A stretch of 29,956 nt of DNA, taken from positions 1-29,956 of the forward strand of contig JBHLNT010000037.1 in NCBI GenBank assembly GCA_048941265.1, in the 5' to 3' direction. Below, piece by piece: positions 1-9,810 of the stretch. Each line of letters starts with the position of its first letter. Position 1 is the stretch's first letter. Source of the stretch: Promethearchaeota archaeon (lineage in GTDB: Archaea > Asgardarchaeota > Lokiarchaeia > Sigyniarchaeales > SOKP01). The notes under the pieces were generated by a model. It made no database searches, was not told the DNA's origin, and saw only the letters and a program-made list of their open reading frames with translations. Made by a program: the position numbers and the translations under genes.

Positions 1-129
1 TTGTTTATAATTCTTTTAATTTTTTACCTTTTATTTAATTAATTCTAAAATTAATCATATTTAATTTTTTAGCTTTTGGTTTTTAAAGATTTTATTCATG
101 ATTTAACAATAATCATTTTCTAATTTTAT

Positions 130-1248
130 TTATTCTTTATGTTTGTATTTACGAGGTTTCATCATTTTATCGCCAGTTTCATCTGTTAACTCTTCAATAG
201 CGTCAACCGCAATTTCAGCTTTTTTATAGGGTATAGAAGGTTTTGATTCATCAAAAGGTGCATTACACACCCAACACGCATTTTCTAAATTTGTTAATGC
301 CTCTACACATTTTTTACAATAGAATGCACCACATTTGGAACATGTAAATACATTAAATCTACTTAAATTTCCTTTACATATAAGACATATGCCCTGTTCA
401 CGATATAATGAGATTTCTTCAGGAGTTATTTCCATCGGCCTTGATTTGGATAAAGTTTCGATAAATGAAATTCGAGCATCCATATCCCTCAGTTTAACTC
501 TTTCTTCTCTTTTAAATTTAATCTCTTCTCTCTCGGACACCACTTCCTCTTTTAATCCGAGATACCATAACCAAAAACAGAGAATTAAGGTAAATCGAAT
601 AATAACCAAAGCAATATGCAGAGAAATATACGTTTCTAAAATAAAACAGGTAACATATGTGAGATATCCTACTGATAGTAATAGGAATTTTCTGCGGATC
701 ATTCCAGATGATTGGATACTTTTGAATAAATATCCCAGACCATTGAAAATTAACAATGAGAAAAGAAAAGTAATTGATAGAATAAATAGGGGGGTTCCAT
801 AATTTATCTGGGTATCGATTACATCTTCACCCGGTTTATCGGGATAAGTAAAAGTAAAAAAGCTTGTGGGACCAAAGAAAAGGAATAGTTCCCATAAAAC
901 TCCTAAAACGAGAAATATTGATACAATATACCATTTTTTTCTCGGGATAATAAGTTCTGCTCCTACATATATTCCAAAGATTGTAGCTGGAGCCGCACTG
1001 AAACCACTTAATTTCCCCACTAAAGCATAACGATTATCTAAGTTTCTGCCGGTTAGAATAATGCTTAAAAAATCACAACACGGTCCTAAAATTAGAAGTC
1101 CCGCAAAAAATATCGTTAAGCCCATGAGTGTTAATAGAGGAGCTTTCAATTTCCGAGATCTATAAACAATTATTAGTCCAAAAGTACACCCAAAAATGGT
1201 ATAGCCCAGAGCACTCATACCATTTAACCAACCTGAAAAAGATAACAA
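130..1248 (-). CDS. 7-TM membrane protein with C-terminal C4C4 RING-like zinc finger
   Basis: 372 aa, TTG start. About seven hydrophobic segments in aa 10-231, then a charged linker, then CLIC-x11-CSKC-x4-CKKC-x10-CWVC. Confidence 0.75.
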   Translation of the reverse strand: MLSFSGWLNGMSALGYTIFGCTFGLIIVYRSRKLKAPLLTLMGLTIFFAGLLILGPCCDFLSIILTGRNLDNRYALVGKLSGFSAAPATIFGIYVGAELIIPRKKWYIVSIFLVLGVLWELFLFFGPTSFFTFTYPDKPGEDVIDTQINYGTPLFILSITFLFSLLIFNGLGYLFKSIQSSGMIRRKFLLLSVGYLTYVTCFILETYISLHIALVIIRFTLILCFWLWYLGLKEEVVSEREEIKFKREERVKLRDMDARISFIETLSKSRPMEITPEEISLYREQGICLICKGNLSRFNVFTCSKCGAFYCKKCVEALTNLENACWVCNAPFDESKPSIPYKKAEIAVDAIEELTDETGDKMMKPRKYKHKE

Positions 1249-1530
1249 TTAGAATTCACTCTTTCTAGGGATTATTTATCAATATTCGCCTTAAAAAACT
1301 AATATATTGGATATTATTTTACAATAATTATCAAGACAATATTAGATAATTAATACACTATTTATCCTTATAAATATTTTTACAATTATTTTAAAAGACT
1401 TAGATTCATTTGCGTGAAAAATCTTTCTTAATGAGTACTATCAAGCTTTTTAATTAGTACTTTACCAATAGTGAATTTTTTGATAAAATTTAATATTTTT
1501 TAAACATTCTTCAAAAGAAAAGAATTAGAT

Positions 1531-2697
1531 TTGGTAATAAAGATCACACATTTCGAATTTTTAATTTTGTTTTATGATTTGTTTTTTAGCCTTTTTTTCT
1601 TTATTTTAGCGTTGATTATGTTTTTTATAGGATTTAAAGGTCACACAGTTCAAAATCATTACGGTGGTATATCTACTATTATATGTGGAATTATTTTTAT
1701 TATATTTGGATTTTATCAGATTTTTTTTGGATTGTTTCTTTATCCCTACATTGGTTTTACTGTGTGGTGGATGGGAATAATAATTGCCATCAACGGAATT
1801 TTTGGGTTATTTGTCCGTAGGGAATTAAAAAAAATAGGGATTGAGCATCAAAATGGGGCTTACCCTGCCTCTGCAACTTCTCAAAAATCATCTCTCCGAA
1901 AATTTATTCATATCATGACTCAGCAAAATCCAAATGGGGATAATATTTCTCTTAAGATGGAGGCATTTAGAAAAAGCTTTCACTTATGGGGGATCTTATT
2001 TATATTAGCTTATTTTGGATTCTTCTTTCTGCCTCCTTTAACTGAAATGGTCAATAGAAATGTAATTGATTTTATCAAAGAAACAAAATGGCTCTATAGT
2101 ATTATATGGGGTGATGTTGATAAATATCCCTATAAAAAGAAAGATTTTCAAGCAGTTATTGATATTACAATGTTTGCTTTAATTGGAGCGTTATTTTTTA
2201 CAGTAATTCCCGACATAATTAGAGTTATATGGGGTCCAGAATATTCTTTTTTAAATTTTATAACTAAGCCTATACTAAGAAATAAAGAACAAAACTCGAT
2301 TGGTCCTCAAATATTTTTACTCATAGGAGTTTCATTTTCTTATATGCTATATATCATGGGCTTAGTAAATGTCTTAGTTGCTTTTACCGGTATATTAATC
2401 GCCTGTTTTTCAGATGCTTTGGCAGCATTAGTAGGTAGATTTTTTGGAAAGCATAAAGTTAAATGCATTGTCGGAAATATTAAAAGTATTGAGGGCTTTA
2501 TAGCAGGAACGTCTAGTGCTTTTATCATCGGTTTGATTTTATTGGGGCCTATTTATGCTTTTTTAGCTGCTTTCATCTTCTTCTTATTAGATTATTTTCC
2601 TATTTATATCGCTGATAACATCTTAAATCCTATTGTAATTATAATAGTCATCCATCTTGCAGTTTTCTTCTCTGGAATTCCTATTGGATGGTATTAA
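1531..2697 (+). CDS. CTP-dependent diacylglycerol/polyprenol kinase-like membrane protein (cytidylyltransferase / SEC59-DGK1-VTE5 family)
   Basis: Motifs EAFRKSFHL, SDALAALVGRFFGKHK, KSIEGFIAG and DNILNP; polytopic. The TTG start is uncertain. Confidence 0.8.
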   Translation: MVIKITHFEFLILFYDLFFSLFFFILALIMFFIGFKGHTVQNHYGGISTIICGIIFIIFGFYQIFFGLFLYPYIGFTVWWMGIIIAINGIFGLFVRRELKKIGIEHQNGAYPASATSQKSSLRKFIHIMTQQNPNGDNISLKMEAFRKSFHLWGILFILAYFGFFFLPPLTEMVNRNVIDFIKETKWLYSIIWGDVDKYPYKKKDFQAVIDITMFALIGALFFTVIPDIIRVIWGPEYSFLNFITKPILRNKEQNSIGPQIFLLIGVSFSYMLYIMGLVNVLVAFTGILIACFSDALAALVGRFFGKHKVKCIVGNIKSIEGFIAGTSSAFIIGLILLGPIYAFLAAFIFFLLDYFPIYIADNILNPIVIIIVIHLAVFFSGIPIGWY

Positions 2698-2762
2698 TTT
2701 AGTATTAAAATACCAATTTAGCAAAGCAAAAAAATATATATTTAATCTTCACAATTTGAATT

Positions 2763-3893
2763 ATGGCGAATAATAATTCAGATCAATTGCTTACACACCT
2801 TCCATACCTCGAATGGTTGGAAAATGAGTGGGCTAACGATCATAAGATGCAAAGATTCTTTCCAATTCCTTATCCCAAAAAAGAAATATTTAGATGGTTC
2901 ATTAATCATATTTTTGGTCCCTCTAAAAGACGTAGAAAGAAATACAAATTTTTACAGCACGAATCAATATTGAATGAACTAACCACAGTAAACTATAAGA
3001 TTGGATTTGTAGGCGATATTATGAAAATGTTTCAATATTATCTTGTATTTGACCAATCTGTTATAAATTTTTTCGAGGATGTCGAATTAGTCGTAGGGAA
3101 TCTAGAGGGAATATTAACTTTACAACCTGGTTTCATTGCCGCACAAAGACATAATAAAGAAATCGTACAACAATTAAAAACTTTAAAACCAGCTGATAAA
3201 TGGTTATTATGCCTGAGTAATAACCACAGCGGAGATTTTGGTCTTGCAGATTTTGTTTTACACTTAGATCGCTTAAGATTTGAAGGTTTTAATGTATTTG
3301 GAAGAAAAGATATGCCAAATTATGTCTATGATAACAGATTAAATTTTGTATCAGGGACAATGTGGACTAATCAGAAACGCACTAAATATATAACACGTTT
3401 TGAAGAAATAGAAAATTATTATGCTGACGAATCAAATGTCTTTAATATTTTATATCCACATTGGTATTATGAATATGAGTTATATCCACGACTAAAAATT
3501 AAAAAAATTGCTGAAAATCTCCTTGGTAATTGGGATTTAATTTTTGGACACCACCCTCACGTTGTACAACCAATTACTAAAATAAAGGTTGGTGAAATTA
3601 ATAAATTATTGGCTTATTCAGCAGGGAATTTTACAGCAGGTCTCGAAATAGATGCTCATAAGTATGGCTTGATAATGAAATGTGAAATTGGACCATTAAA
3701 ATCAGACTCTTCAAAATTAGCTGTTGGGAAAGTAGAATGGAAGTTTACATATAATGATAATGAAATTGATGAAAATAAAGCAAAATATGTAAAATTCAAA
3801 AAAAATATGCTTAAACCTGCAGATGGACCTATCATTGAAGTTAAAATAGTAGAAGAGAATGAATTTTTTACCCATATAAATTACATGGATTAA
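2763..3893 (+). CDS. CapA (PGA_cap) family metallophosphoesterase
   Basis: FVGDIM, VGNLEG, SNNHSGDFG, PHWYYE, GHHPHVVQP and YSAGNF motifs in the canonical order. Confidence 0.85.
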   Translation: MANNNSDQLLTHLPYLEWLENEWANDHKMQRFFPIPYPKKEIFRWFINHIFGPSKRRRKKYKFLQHESILNELTTVNYKIGFVGDIMKMFQYYLVFDQSVINFFEDVELVVGNLEGILTLQPGFIAAQRHNKEIVQQLKTLKPADKWLLCLSNNHSGDFGLADFVLHLDRLRFEGFNVFGRKDMPNYVYDNRLNFVSGTMWTNQKRTKYITRFEEIENYYADESNVFNILYPHWYYEYELYPRLKIKKIAENLLGNWDLIFGHHPHVVQPITKIKVGEINKLLAYSAGNFTAGLEIDAHKYGLIMKCEIGPLKSDSSKLAVGKVEWKFTYNDNEIDENKAKYVKFKKNMLKPADGPIIEVKIVEENEFFTHINYMD

Positions 3894-3985
3894 TTTTTTC
3901 CCGTTTTTTTTTATTTTTATTTATCTCTTTAAAATTTTTTTAAAAACTAAAGCCATAAAAACCATTCCTTATTACTTTATGCAAG

Positions 3986-4834
3986 ATGAGAGAATTTATC
4001 GATGAATTAAATAATATTAAACTGGCAATATTTGATTTAGATGGTGTAATTTATCGTGGTAAAAATTTAATCCCAAATGTAGACGGGATTATAGCAGAGT
4101 TGAGTAAATTATCTATCAAAGTAGTATATAATTCAAATAATTCTACGATAACTCGTGAAATGTATGTAGAAAGGCTGAAAACTTTTAATATCCCTAGCAA
4201 AATTTCTGATTTTTACACAAGTGCTTCTATCACTTCATCAGAAATTACTAAAATAAAAAAAAATGCAAATATTTTCGTAATAGGAGAAATTGGTTTAAGA
4301 GAAGAATTAAAATCAATGGGACACACAATATTGACCAATCCTTCCAATTATGATGATATAGATTTTGTAATTGTAGGTTTAGATAGAGATTTTAAATATG
4401 CTAATTTAGCTATAGCTCAAAAGTGTATTTTAGAGGGCCATGCCCAATTTTATGCGACAAATGCAGATGCAACCTTGCCTGCTGCGAGAGGTTTTTTACC
4501 TGGCGCTGGAGTCATGGTTAAGGCTGTAGAAACTTGTACTTCAAAAAAACCAGTAAAAATATTTGGTAAACCTCATCCTTATGGAATTCAAATGATATTA
4601 AATGATTTAAAGATTCCGGCCAAGGAAGCATGTATTTTTGGGGATCGCTTAAATACGGATATTTTGGCAGGTAATCGTGCTGGGATAATTACTGTTGTGG
4701 TGTTAACTGGAGTCACGACAATTGAACAAATTGAAGACTTAAAGAAAAAATACAAAGAATTTGATAATTTTGATAAAGATTTAATGCCAGACTTAGCCCT
4801 TAATTCTCTGGATGAGATTTTTAAAGTTAATTGA
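3986..4834 (+). CDS. HAD-IIA family hydrolase (NagD-like phosphatase)
   Basis: FDLDGVIY, SNNS, ATNADATLP, GKP, GDRLNTDILAG and VLTGVT motifs. Confidence 0.92.
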   Translation: MREFIDELNNIKLAIFDLDGVIYRGKNLIPNVDGIIAELSKLSIKVVYNSNNSTITREMYVERLKTFNIPSKISDFYTSASITSSEITKIKKNANIFVIGEIGLREELKSMGHTILTNPSNYDDIDFVIVGLDRDFKYANLAIAQKCILEGHAQFYATNADATLPAARGFLPGAGVMVKAVETCTSKKPVKIFGKPHPYGIQMILNDLKIPAKEACIFGDRLNTDILAGNRAGIITVVVLTGVTTIEQIEDLKKKYKEFDNFDKDLMPDLALNSLDEIFKVN

Positions 4835-4862
4835 TAAAGGAATTTTTATTTAAAATCTTATT

Positions 4863-6098
4863 TTAATCTGTTATATGAGAATCTTCTTTATTTGATTTTA
4901 ATTCTTCTAAGAACTTATCGAAATCCTCAATTTCTAAGCGATATAATAGAGCAGGATAAAATTTTTGTAAATTAACAAGAATTTGTTTTATATCTGAATC
5001 ATCGAATCCATGATATCGTATATCATAAAAGCCACTGAAGATATCGATTAAGTTCTTATTATTTATGATCTCAGAACCTTTACTAATTATATTTGCTAAA
5101 AGTTTCGAAATTTCGATATATGAGAAATTAGTTGAAATTAATGAAGCCATTATCCTAAAATCGAATCTATCATTTGAAAATTCATCTCTTAATAGGAATC
5201 CTAATCGCTTTATATTAATGATTGAATTATCAATTAAATATTTAAAAGCTTCAGCCAATACAGGAGTAGCATTTTTCCATAATACTAAATTTATAATATG
5301 AGCAACTGATTTGTTTTCATATAAGTAATTTGAAATAATAATTGTTAAACCAGTAGCTTGATCACTTATATAACTTGGATCAGTTAAATATTTTAAATCA
5401 GGATTATTTAACTTTAAAATTTCTTCAATAAGACTGTTTACAACGTTAATAGAAGAAATTTTTCTATTAGAGCCAATTAATATCTCTGAAATTTGTTTAA
5501 TATTTAAATTTAAGTCAATTCTTATTTTTTGGATAATATCTATAACTTTATTCGATTTTACTATATTGTATTCTATTAGTGTTCCCAAAAATCTTCCAAT
5601 TCTTACACTACTGGCATAATCATTTATAAAAATATTTTTTAAAATTTCAGTTAAGTTTTCTATTATGATAAGAGCATTCTCTAAAAGATAATCAATGATT
5701 TGAGAAATTTGATAACTCATATCTCCTTCATGATCAAGTTGTAGAAATCCTCCAATTATCTTATCTATATCAAATCCCATTTCATTCAATTTAGCTAACG
5801 TTAAAGCAGGTAGAATCACATAATTTCTTTCATTTTCTTCACTTCCATAATGTTCTGGAGCTCTTAAACCAAAAACCTCAATAAAAAAAATGGAGATTAA
5901 TCGTGAATTAAGTTTATTAAATTCTTGTATGATAAAGAAAGAGAAGCATTCGATAAATTCTTCAATTTCGTATTTTGTAAAGATTTTTTGAAAAAACCCA
6001 ATTGCATTTTCTAACTTTTCTTCAATAGATTCATTTAAATTTAACAACTCGTTTATTTCTTTCTCATCTTCATTACTAAGAATATCCATTCGCACCAT
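4863..6098 (-). CDS. hypothetical protein, predicted alpha-helical
   Basis: 411-aa ORF with ATG start, I/L/E/N-rich amphipathic pattern, no recognised motif. Confidence 0.7.
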   Translation of the reverse strand: MVRMDILSNEDEKEINELLNLNESIEEKLENAIGFFQKIFTKYEIEEFIECFSFFIIQEFNKLNSRLISIFFIEVFGLRAPEHYGSEENERNYVILPALTLAKLNEMGFDIDKIIGGFLQLDHEGDMSYQISQIIDYLLENALIIIENLTEILKNIFINDYASSVRIGRFLGTLIEYNIVKSNKVIDIIQKIRIDLNLNIKQISEILIGSNRKISSINVVNSLIEEILKLNNPDLKYLTDPSYISDQATGLTIIISNYLYENKSVAHIINLVLWKNATPVLAEAFKYLIDNSIINIKRLGFLLRDEFSNDRFDFRIMASLISTNFSYIEISKLLANIISKGSEIINNKNLIDIFSGFYDIRYHGFDDSDIKQILVNLQKFYPALLYRLEIEDFDKFLEELKSNKEDSHITD

Positions 6099-6237
6099 GA
6101 ATTCAAAATTTCCTAGAATTTATTATTCAAGTTTTTCAACGACATAATTAAAAGCTAATACATTTTAATATTTTCATCATTATATATGTAATTATTAGGA
6201 AAATTATATCTGAAAACATATTTAGACTTCTTAAACA

Positions 6238-8673
6238 ATGGAAGATTTTCAAGAACACTCGATTAAAATTATCGTAGTTGGAGATTTTAAAGCAGGTAAG
6301 TCATCTATAGTAAAAAGAATAGTAGAAAACGAATATAGTGCTGCATATAATCCCACTACGGGATTTCACATTTCAAAGAAAATTCTTAATATTGAAGATA
6401 CTATCATTCGATTTAGCATCTGGGATACAGGTGGTCTGATTAGTCAAATTCCTCCCATGAAAAATAAAATTTATAATCATACGGACGCAGCTCTAATTAT
6501 AGTTGATAAAACCCGATCTAACAATGTAAAAAGTATTAAAAAATGGTATGATGAGATAACTAACTCTGTTTCAGAAAAAGTCCCAATAATTGTTATTGGA
6601 ACTAAGAGTGATAAACCTTCGGATAATGTAACAAGTGAAGATGATATTAAGAATATAACAAAAGAATATAATATCCCATATATTTCAGTATCTGCCAAAA
6701 AAGGTGAAAATCTTAATCGTGTACTTATCGAATTAACTCGTAGAATTAGAGAAGATTTAAATAAATTAAAAAATCAACCAATAACAAATAAATATAAATT
6801 CCACTATTTAAATTCTGATGAGACTGAAGCTTTAGAAGATTTAGAAAAATCAATAATAGAAAATTCTAAGAAATCCTTTAATACTAAATTTCAATATGAT
6901 TTAACGAAACTCAAAAATAAAGGCTTCCCTATAATTTTAGATGTAAATGAAACCTCATTTGGGATTAATATTCAAAATGGAAACGTCGTAGAAATTGGTT
7001 TATTTAATTGCAATTTGACAAAACTGCCTGATTCTTTTGCTAATTTTAAATCACTTAAGAAACTTATCTTAAGATGTAATCCCCTTAAGTCTTTTCCTGA
7101 TGCAATAAGCAAATTAAATACTCTTGAAGTATTAGATATGTCCCTTGCAAATCTTAATGAAATACCAATTTTCATTTCAAATCTGCATAATCTCAAGGAA
7201 CTCAATTTAGAAAATAATTGGCTAAGATTCCTTCCCGAATCATTTGGTAGGTTGATTTCTCTAATATTTTTAAATTTAGAAAATAATCCAATCGATCATT
7301 TACCAAAATCTTTTGGAAATCTAAAATCACTCAAAAAACTGTTATTAGAATCTGCTCCTTTCGAATCGAGTGGATATTTAATTAAACTTCCTAAAAATTT
7401 TGGCGATCTTCACTCTCTCCAAGAATTAGATTTAAGTTCTCATAAATTAAGGACACTTCCCGAATCATTTGGAAATCTAAAATCATTAAAGACACTTGAT
7501 TTATTTAATAATCGATTCAAAACACTTCCTATTTACTTTGGAAATCTAAAGGCACTTGAAAAATTAAATTTAGAGAGAAATTTAATACAATTTTTTCCAA
7601 AAGCTTTTGCTAGTTTATCTAATTTAAGATCTATTAACTTAAAAAACAATATTATACCACCAAAAGTAGCATCTAAAAGATTTAAAGCCCTTGCTTTTAA
7701 ATCTGTCGGAGACGATTATAATAGATGGATAAAAATCGCTGAATCATTAGAAAACCACGACGATCAAATGCATTTAGTTAGATCTGATTTAACAGAGAAA
7801 TTGATTTTTAAAAATATAATAATTCCATTAATTTATGCCTGTTCCATTGCGTTTATTGGATTATTGACTTTTTTAACCCTTGACATCGCATCTTTGAAAC
7901 TTGATGTAACTCTTATCTGGGTTCTTTTCTTAGGTGCTCTCATAATAAATCTACTCATCGGAACTTCAATAATCTCTACCATTTCTACCTATTTCAAATT
8001 TTCAATCTCAAAATTCAGTATGATGGTTCAAAAAAATATTCTTAAAAATTTTGATGTTCTTGTAGCTATTTTATTGATTTGGGCTATAAGAGCGGCCGTT
8101 TTGGCAGCATTAAGCATAGAACTCATTCCAGCTATTAATTTTTTATTTGAATTTACAATACCGAAGTGGATTTTAAATATCTTAATCCTTTTTGGATATA
8201 ATATTGATTTAACATTTTTAGAAAATATCGATCTTTTCTTAGGACATTTTTACCTGAAATTATTTAGTGCAGCATTAGTATTTTGGGCATTATATAGAAA
8301 TGGTTTAAATTATATTAGAAAAACTGCATTTGATGAGACTGAAAATAAAAATTTGTGGGGTTTTTTGATAATAGGGCTATTTGGAGCTTTTTGGCTAGCG
8401 ATTATGGATTATAGTACCTTAAAACCAATGTTAAGCATTGGTTACTATGTGGGAGTGTCTTTAGGAGCATTCGTCTTTATATGGGAAAAAAATAAAGAAA
8501 ATAAATTCATATTTTATCTCTATTGTGCAATTTTTGGATTTGGAATTTTAACAGTGTGGTTGTTCTCTCTGTGGAATCTTATGATTTCGCTCTTATTTGG
8601 AATCATGTTTGTCGTTATATTCTTCATATTACGATGGCGATCCCATCAAATTCCGGAAAAAGGTAGGGATTAA
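6238..8673 (+). CDS. Rab-like small GTPase - leucine-rich repeat - multi-TM fusion protein
   Basis: G1 GDFKAGKS, G2 PTTG, G3 WDTGG, G4 GTKSD and G5 SAK in aa ~10-170. About 9 LRRs of LPESFGNLKSLKTLDLFNNRF type in aa ~250-470. About 8-9 hydrophobic helices in aa ~525-800. Confidence 0.88.
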   Translation: MEDFQEHSIKIIVVGDFKAGKSSIVKRIVENEYSAAYNPTTGFHISKKILNIEDTIIRFSIWDTGGLISQIPPMKNKIYNHTDAALIIVDKTRSNNVKSIKKWYDEITNSVSEKVPIIVIGTKSDKPSDNVTSEDDIKNITKEYNIPYISVSAKKGENLNRVLIELTRRIREDLNKLKNQPITNKYKFHYLNSDETEALEDLEKSIIENSKKSFNTKFQYDLTKLKNKGFPIILDVNETSFGINIQNGNVVEIGLFNCNLTKLPDSFANFKSLKKLILRCNPLKSFPDAISKLNTLEVLDMSLANLNEIPIFISNLHNLKELNLENNWLRFLPESFGRLISLIFLNLENNPIDHLPKSFGNLKSLKKLLLESAPFESSGYLIKLPKNFGDLHSLQELDLSSHKLRTLPESFGNLKSLKTLDLFNNRFKTLPIYFGNLKALEKLNLERNLIQFFPKAFASLSNLRSINLKNNIIPPKVASKRFKALAFKSVGDDYNRWIKIAESLENHDDQMHLVRSDLTEKLIFKNIIIPLIYACSIAFIGLLTFLTLDIASLKLDVTLIWVLFLGALIINLLIGTSIISTISTYFKFSISKFSMMVQKNILKNFDVLVAILLIWAIRAAVLAALSIELIPAINFLFEFTIPKWILNILILFGYNIDLTFLENIDLFLGHFYLKLFSAALVFWALYRNGLNYIRKTAFDETENKNLWGFLIIGLFGAFWLAIMDYSTLKPMLSIGYYVGVSLGAFVFIWEKNKENKFIFYLYCAIFGFGILTVWLFSLWNLMISLLFGIMFVVIFFILRWRSHQIPEKGRD

Positions 8674-9582
8674 AGAACGAAAAAAAAGAATTTGGTTTTT
8701 AAAAATAAGATTTCTGAGAAAAAATCTCAGATTTTATTTACTCGTTAATAATTTTCAAATTTGCCCTCAAAATTTTTTATGGGTCTTCTTCAAAAGTTTT
8801 TTATTGAAATCTTATAATACTATTGGGAAATAGATTAAAATATATTAAATGATTTTACTCCTTTTTATTAGCAAATAAAAAATTCACATTTTTCATTATT
8901 TTTCTCGATATTTCTTTATACGCTCCAAAATTATTGTTCAACTGAACTCTTCAATTCTAAGACTTATATCCAATTTGTTGACTAAAATTATTTGATATAA
9001 TTACGAGTTTACACCGATTTATATTAATACGTGAATTATAAGAGAGATTTTTGTCACATTTTTTCTCATAAATTACCCATTTATTAACCGACAAATAAAT
9101 ATTCGAACCAATAATAGCAGGTTAATAAGAGAGTTTTATATATTCTCAATCATATTTTTTCTAGATTGAACTTTTCAATTGAATTTATAAGGGTTTTATC
9201 TTATAACTTATAAAATCTGATTTAAATAACAGTTAAAACTATCGCAAATATGTTAAAATTAAATATTGGTTAAATAATTTGCCGTTAAATCTCCGACAAA
9301 TTATGATTTTCCTCCTTTTTTTTGAACTTATAAATCTGGAATAGAAATTAAGAAATTTATATTTATTTTAGTAATAATATAAATAATTTATATTTTTAAC
9401 TAATTATTGATTTATTGGGCTAAATAATTTTAAGATTTTTTCTTATATGCCCCTCAATTTCAAAATGGATTAGGTTAAATTTTATATTAATATTATTAAT
9501 CCTTTAATATTCTCTATTTTTTCATATTAATCCTGAATCATGGGAAAAATCTTAAATTTATTTCAAACCTCCTATTGAATTA

Positions 9583-9765
9583 TTAAAAATAAAATCTAAA
9601 TATGATTCCAATGGTAAATATTATTAATGAAAATAATATTTTAGGGGATAAAATAGGACCTGAAAGCATAGTTATATTAAGAGATCCATCTTTAGATATG
9701 AAAGCGTTAAAATAATTAAGATATAAAGCAATAAAAAGAAGAAAAAAGATTGAAAGATTGAACAA
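9583..9765 (-). CDS. small 2-TM ORF or remnant of a membrane protein
   Basis: 60 aa, TTG start, two hydrophobic stretches. Lies 45 bp downstream of the last GTPase on the same strand. Could be spurious in T-rich DNA. Confidence 0.3.
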   Translation of the reverse strand: MFNLSIFFLLFIALYLNYFNAFISKDGSLNITMLSGPILSPKILFSLIIFTIGIIFRFYF

Positions 9766-9810
9766 GAAGTTTTAATTAAGAATATAACAACCTAAATTGT
9801 TATGTTTAAT

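Noticed and set aside
335-802. 155-aa + strand ORF and the other short ORFs antisense to or nested in long genes (e.g. 2340, 5065, 6477, 6972, 11671, 12193, 14431, 14928, 15065, 15609, 16851, 17289, 17919, 19885, 21458, 22199, 26513, 26860, 29239)
   Set aside because: They lie in the shadow of well-supported genes, have no motifs, and show the composition expected of antisense or off-frame translation.
2763-3893. Poly-gamma-glutamate capsule operon
   Set aside because: Only a CapA-domain gene is present, with no capB/capC. The domain is a general metallophosphoesterase.
7231-7560. Recurrent DNA repeats such as CTTCCCGAATCATTTGG and TTTGGAAATCTAAA as a possible CRISPR or DGR signal
   Set aside because: They are in-frame LRR codons (LPESFGNLKS). 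There are no unique spacers, cas genes or reverse transcriptase.
6238-8673. Roco (LRRK-like) protein call
   Set aside because: The domain order is reversed and no COR domain follows the GTPase.
8713-8731. Hairpin TCTGAGA-AAAAA-TCTCAGA after the fusion gene
   Set aside because: Only a 7-bp stem in AT-rich DNA, too weak to call a terminator.
8597-8833. 78-aa ORF overlapping the end of the fusion gene
   Set aside because: Overlaps a real CDS and runs into low-complexity K/F-rich intergenic DNA.
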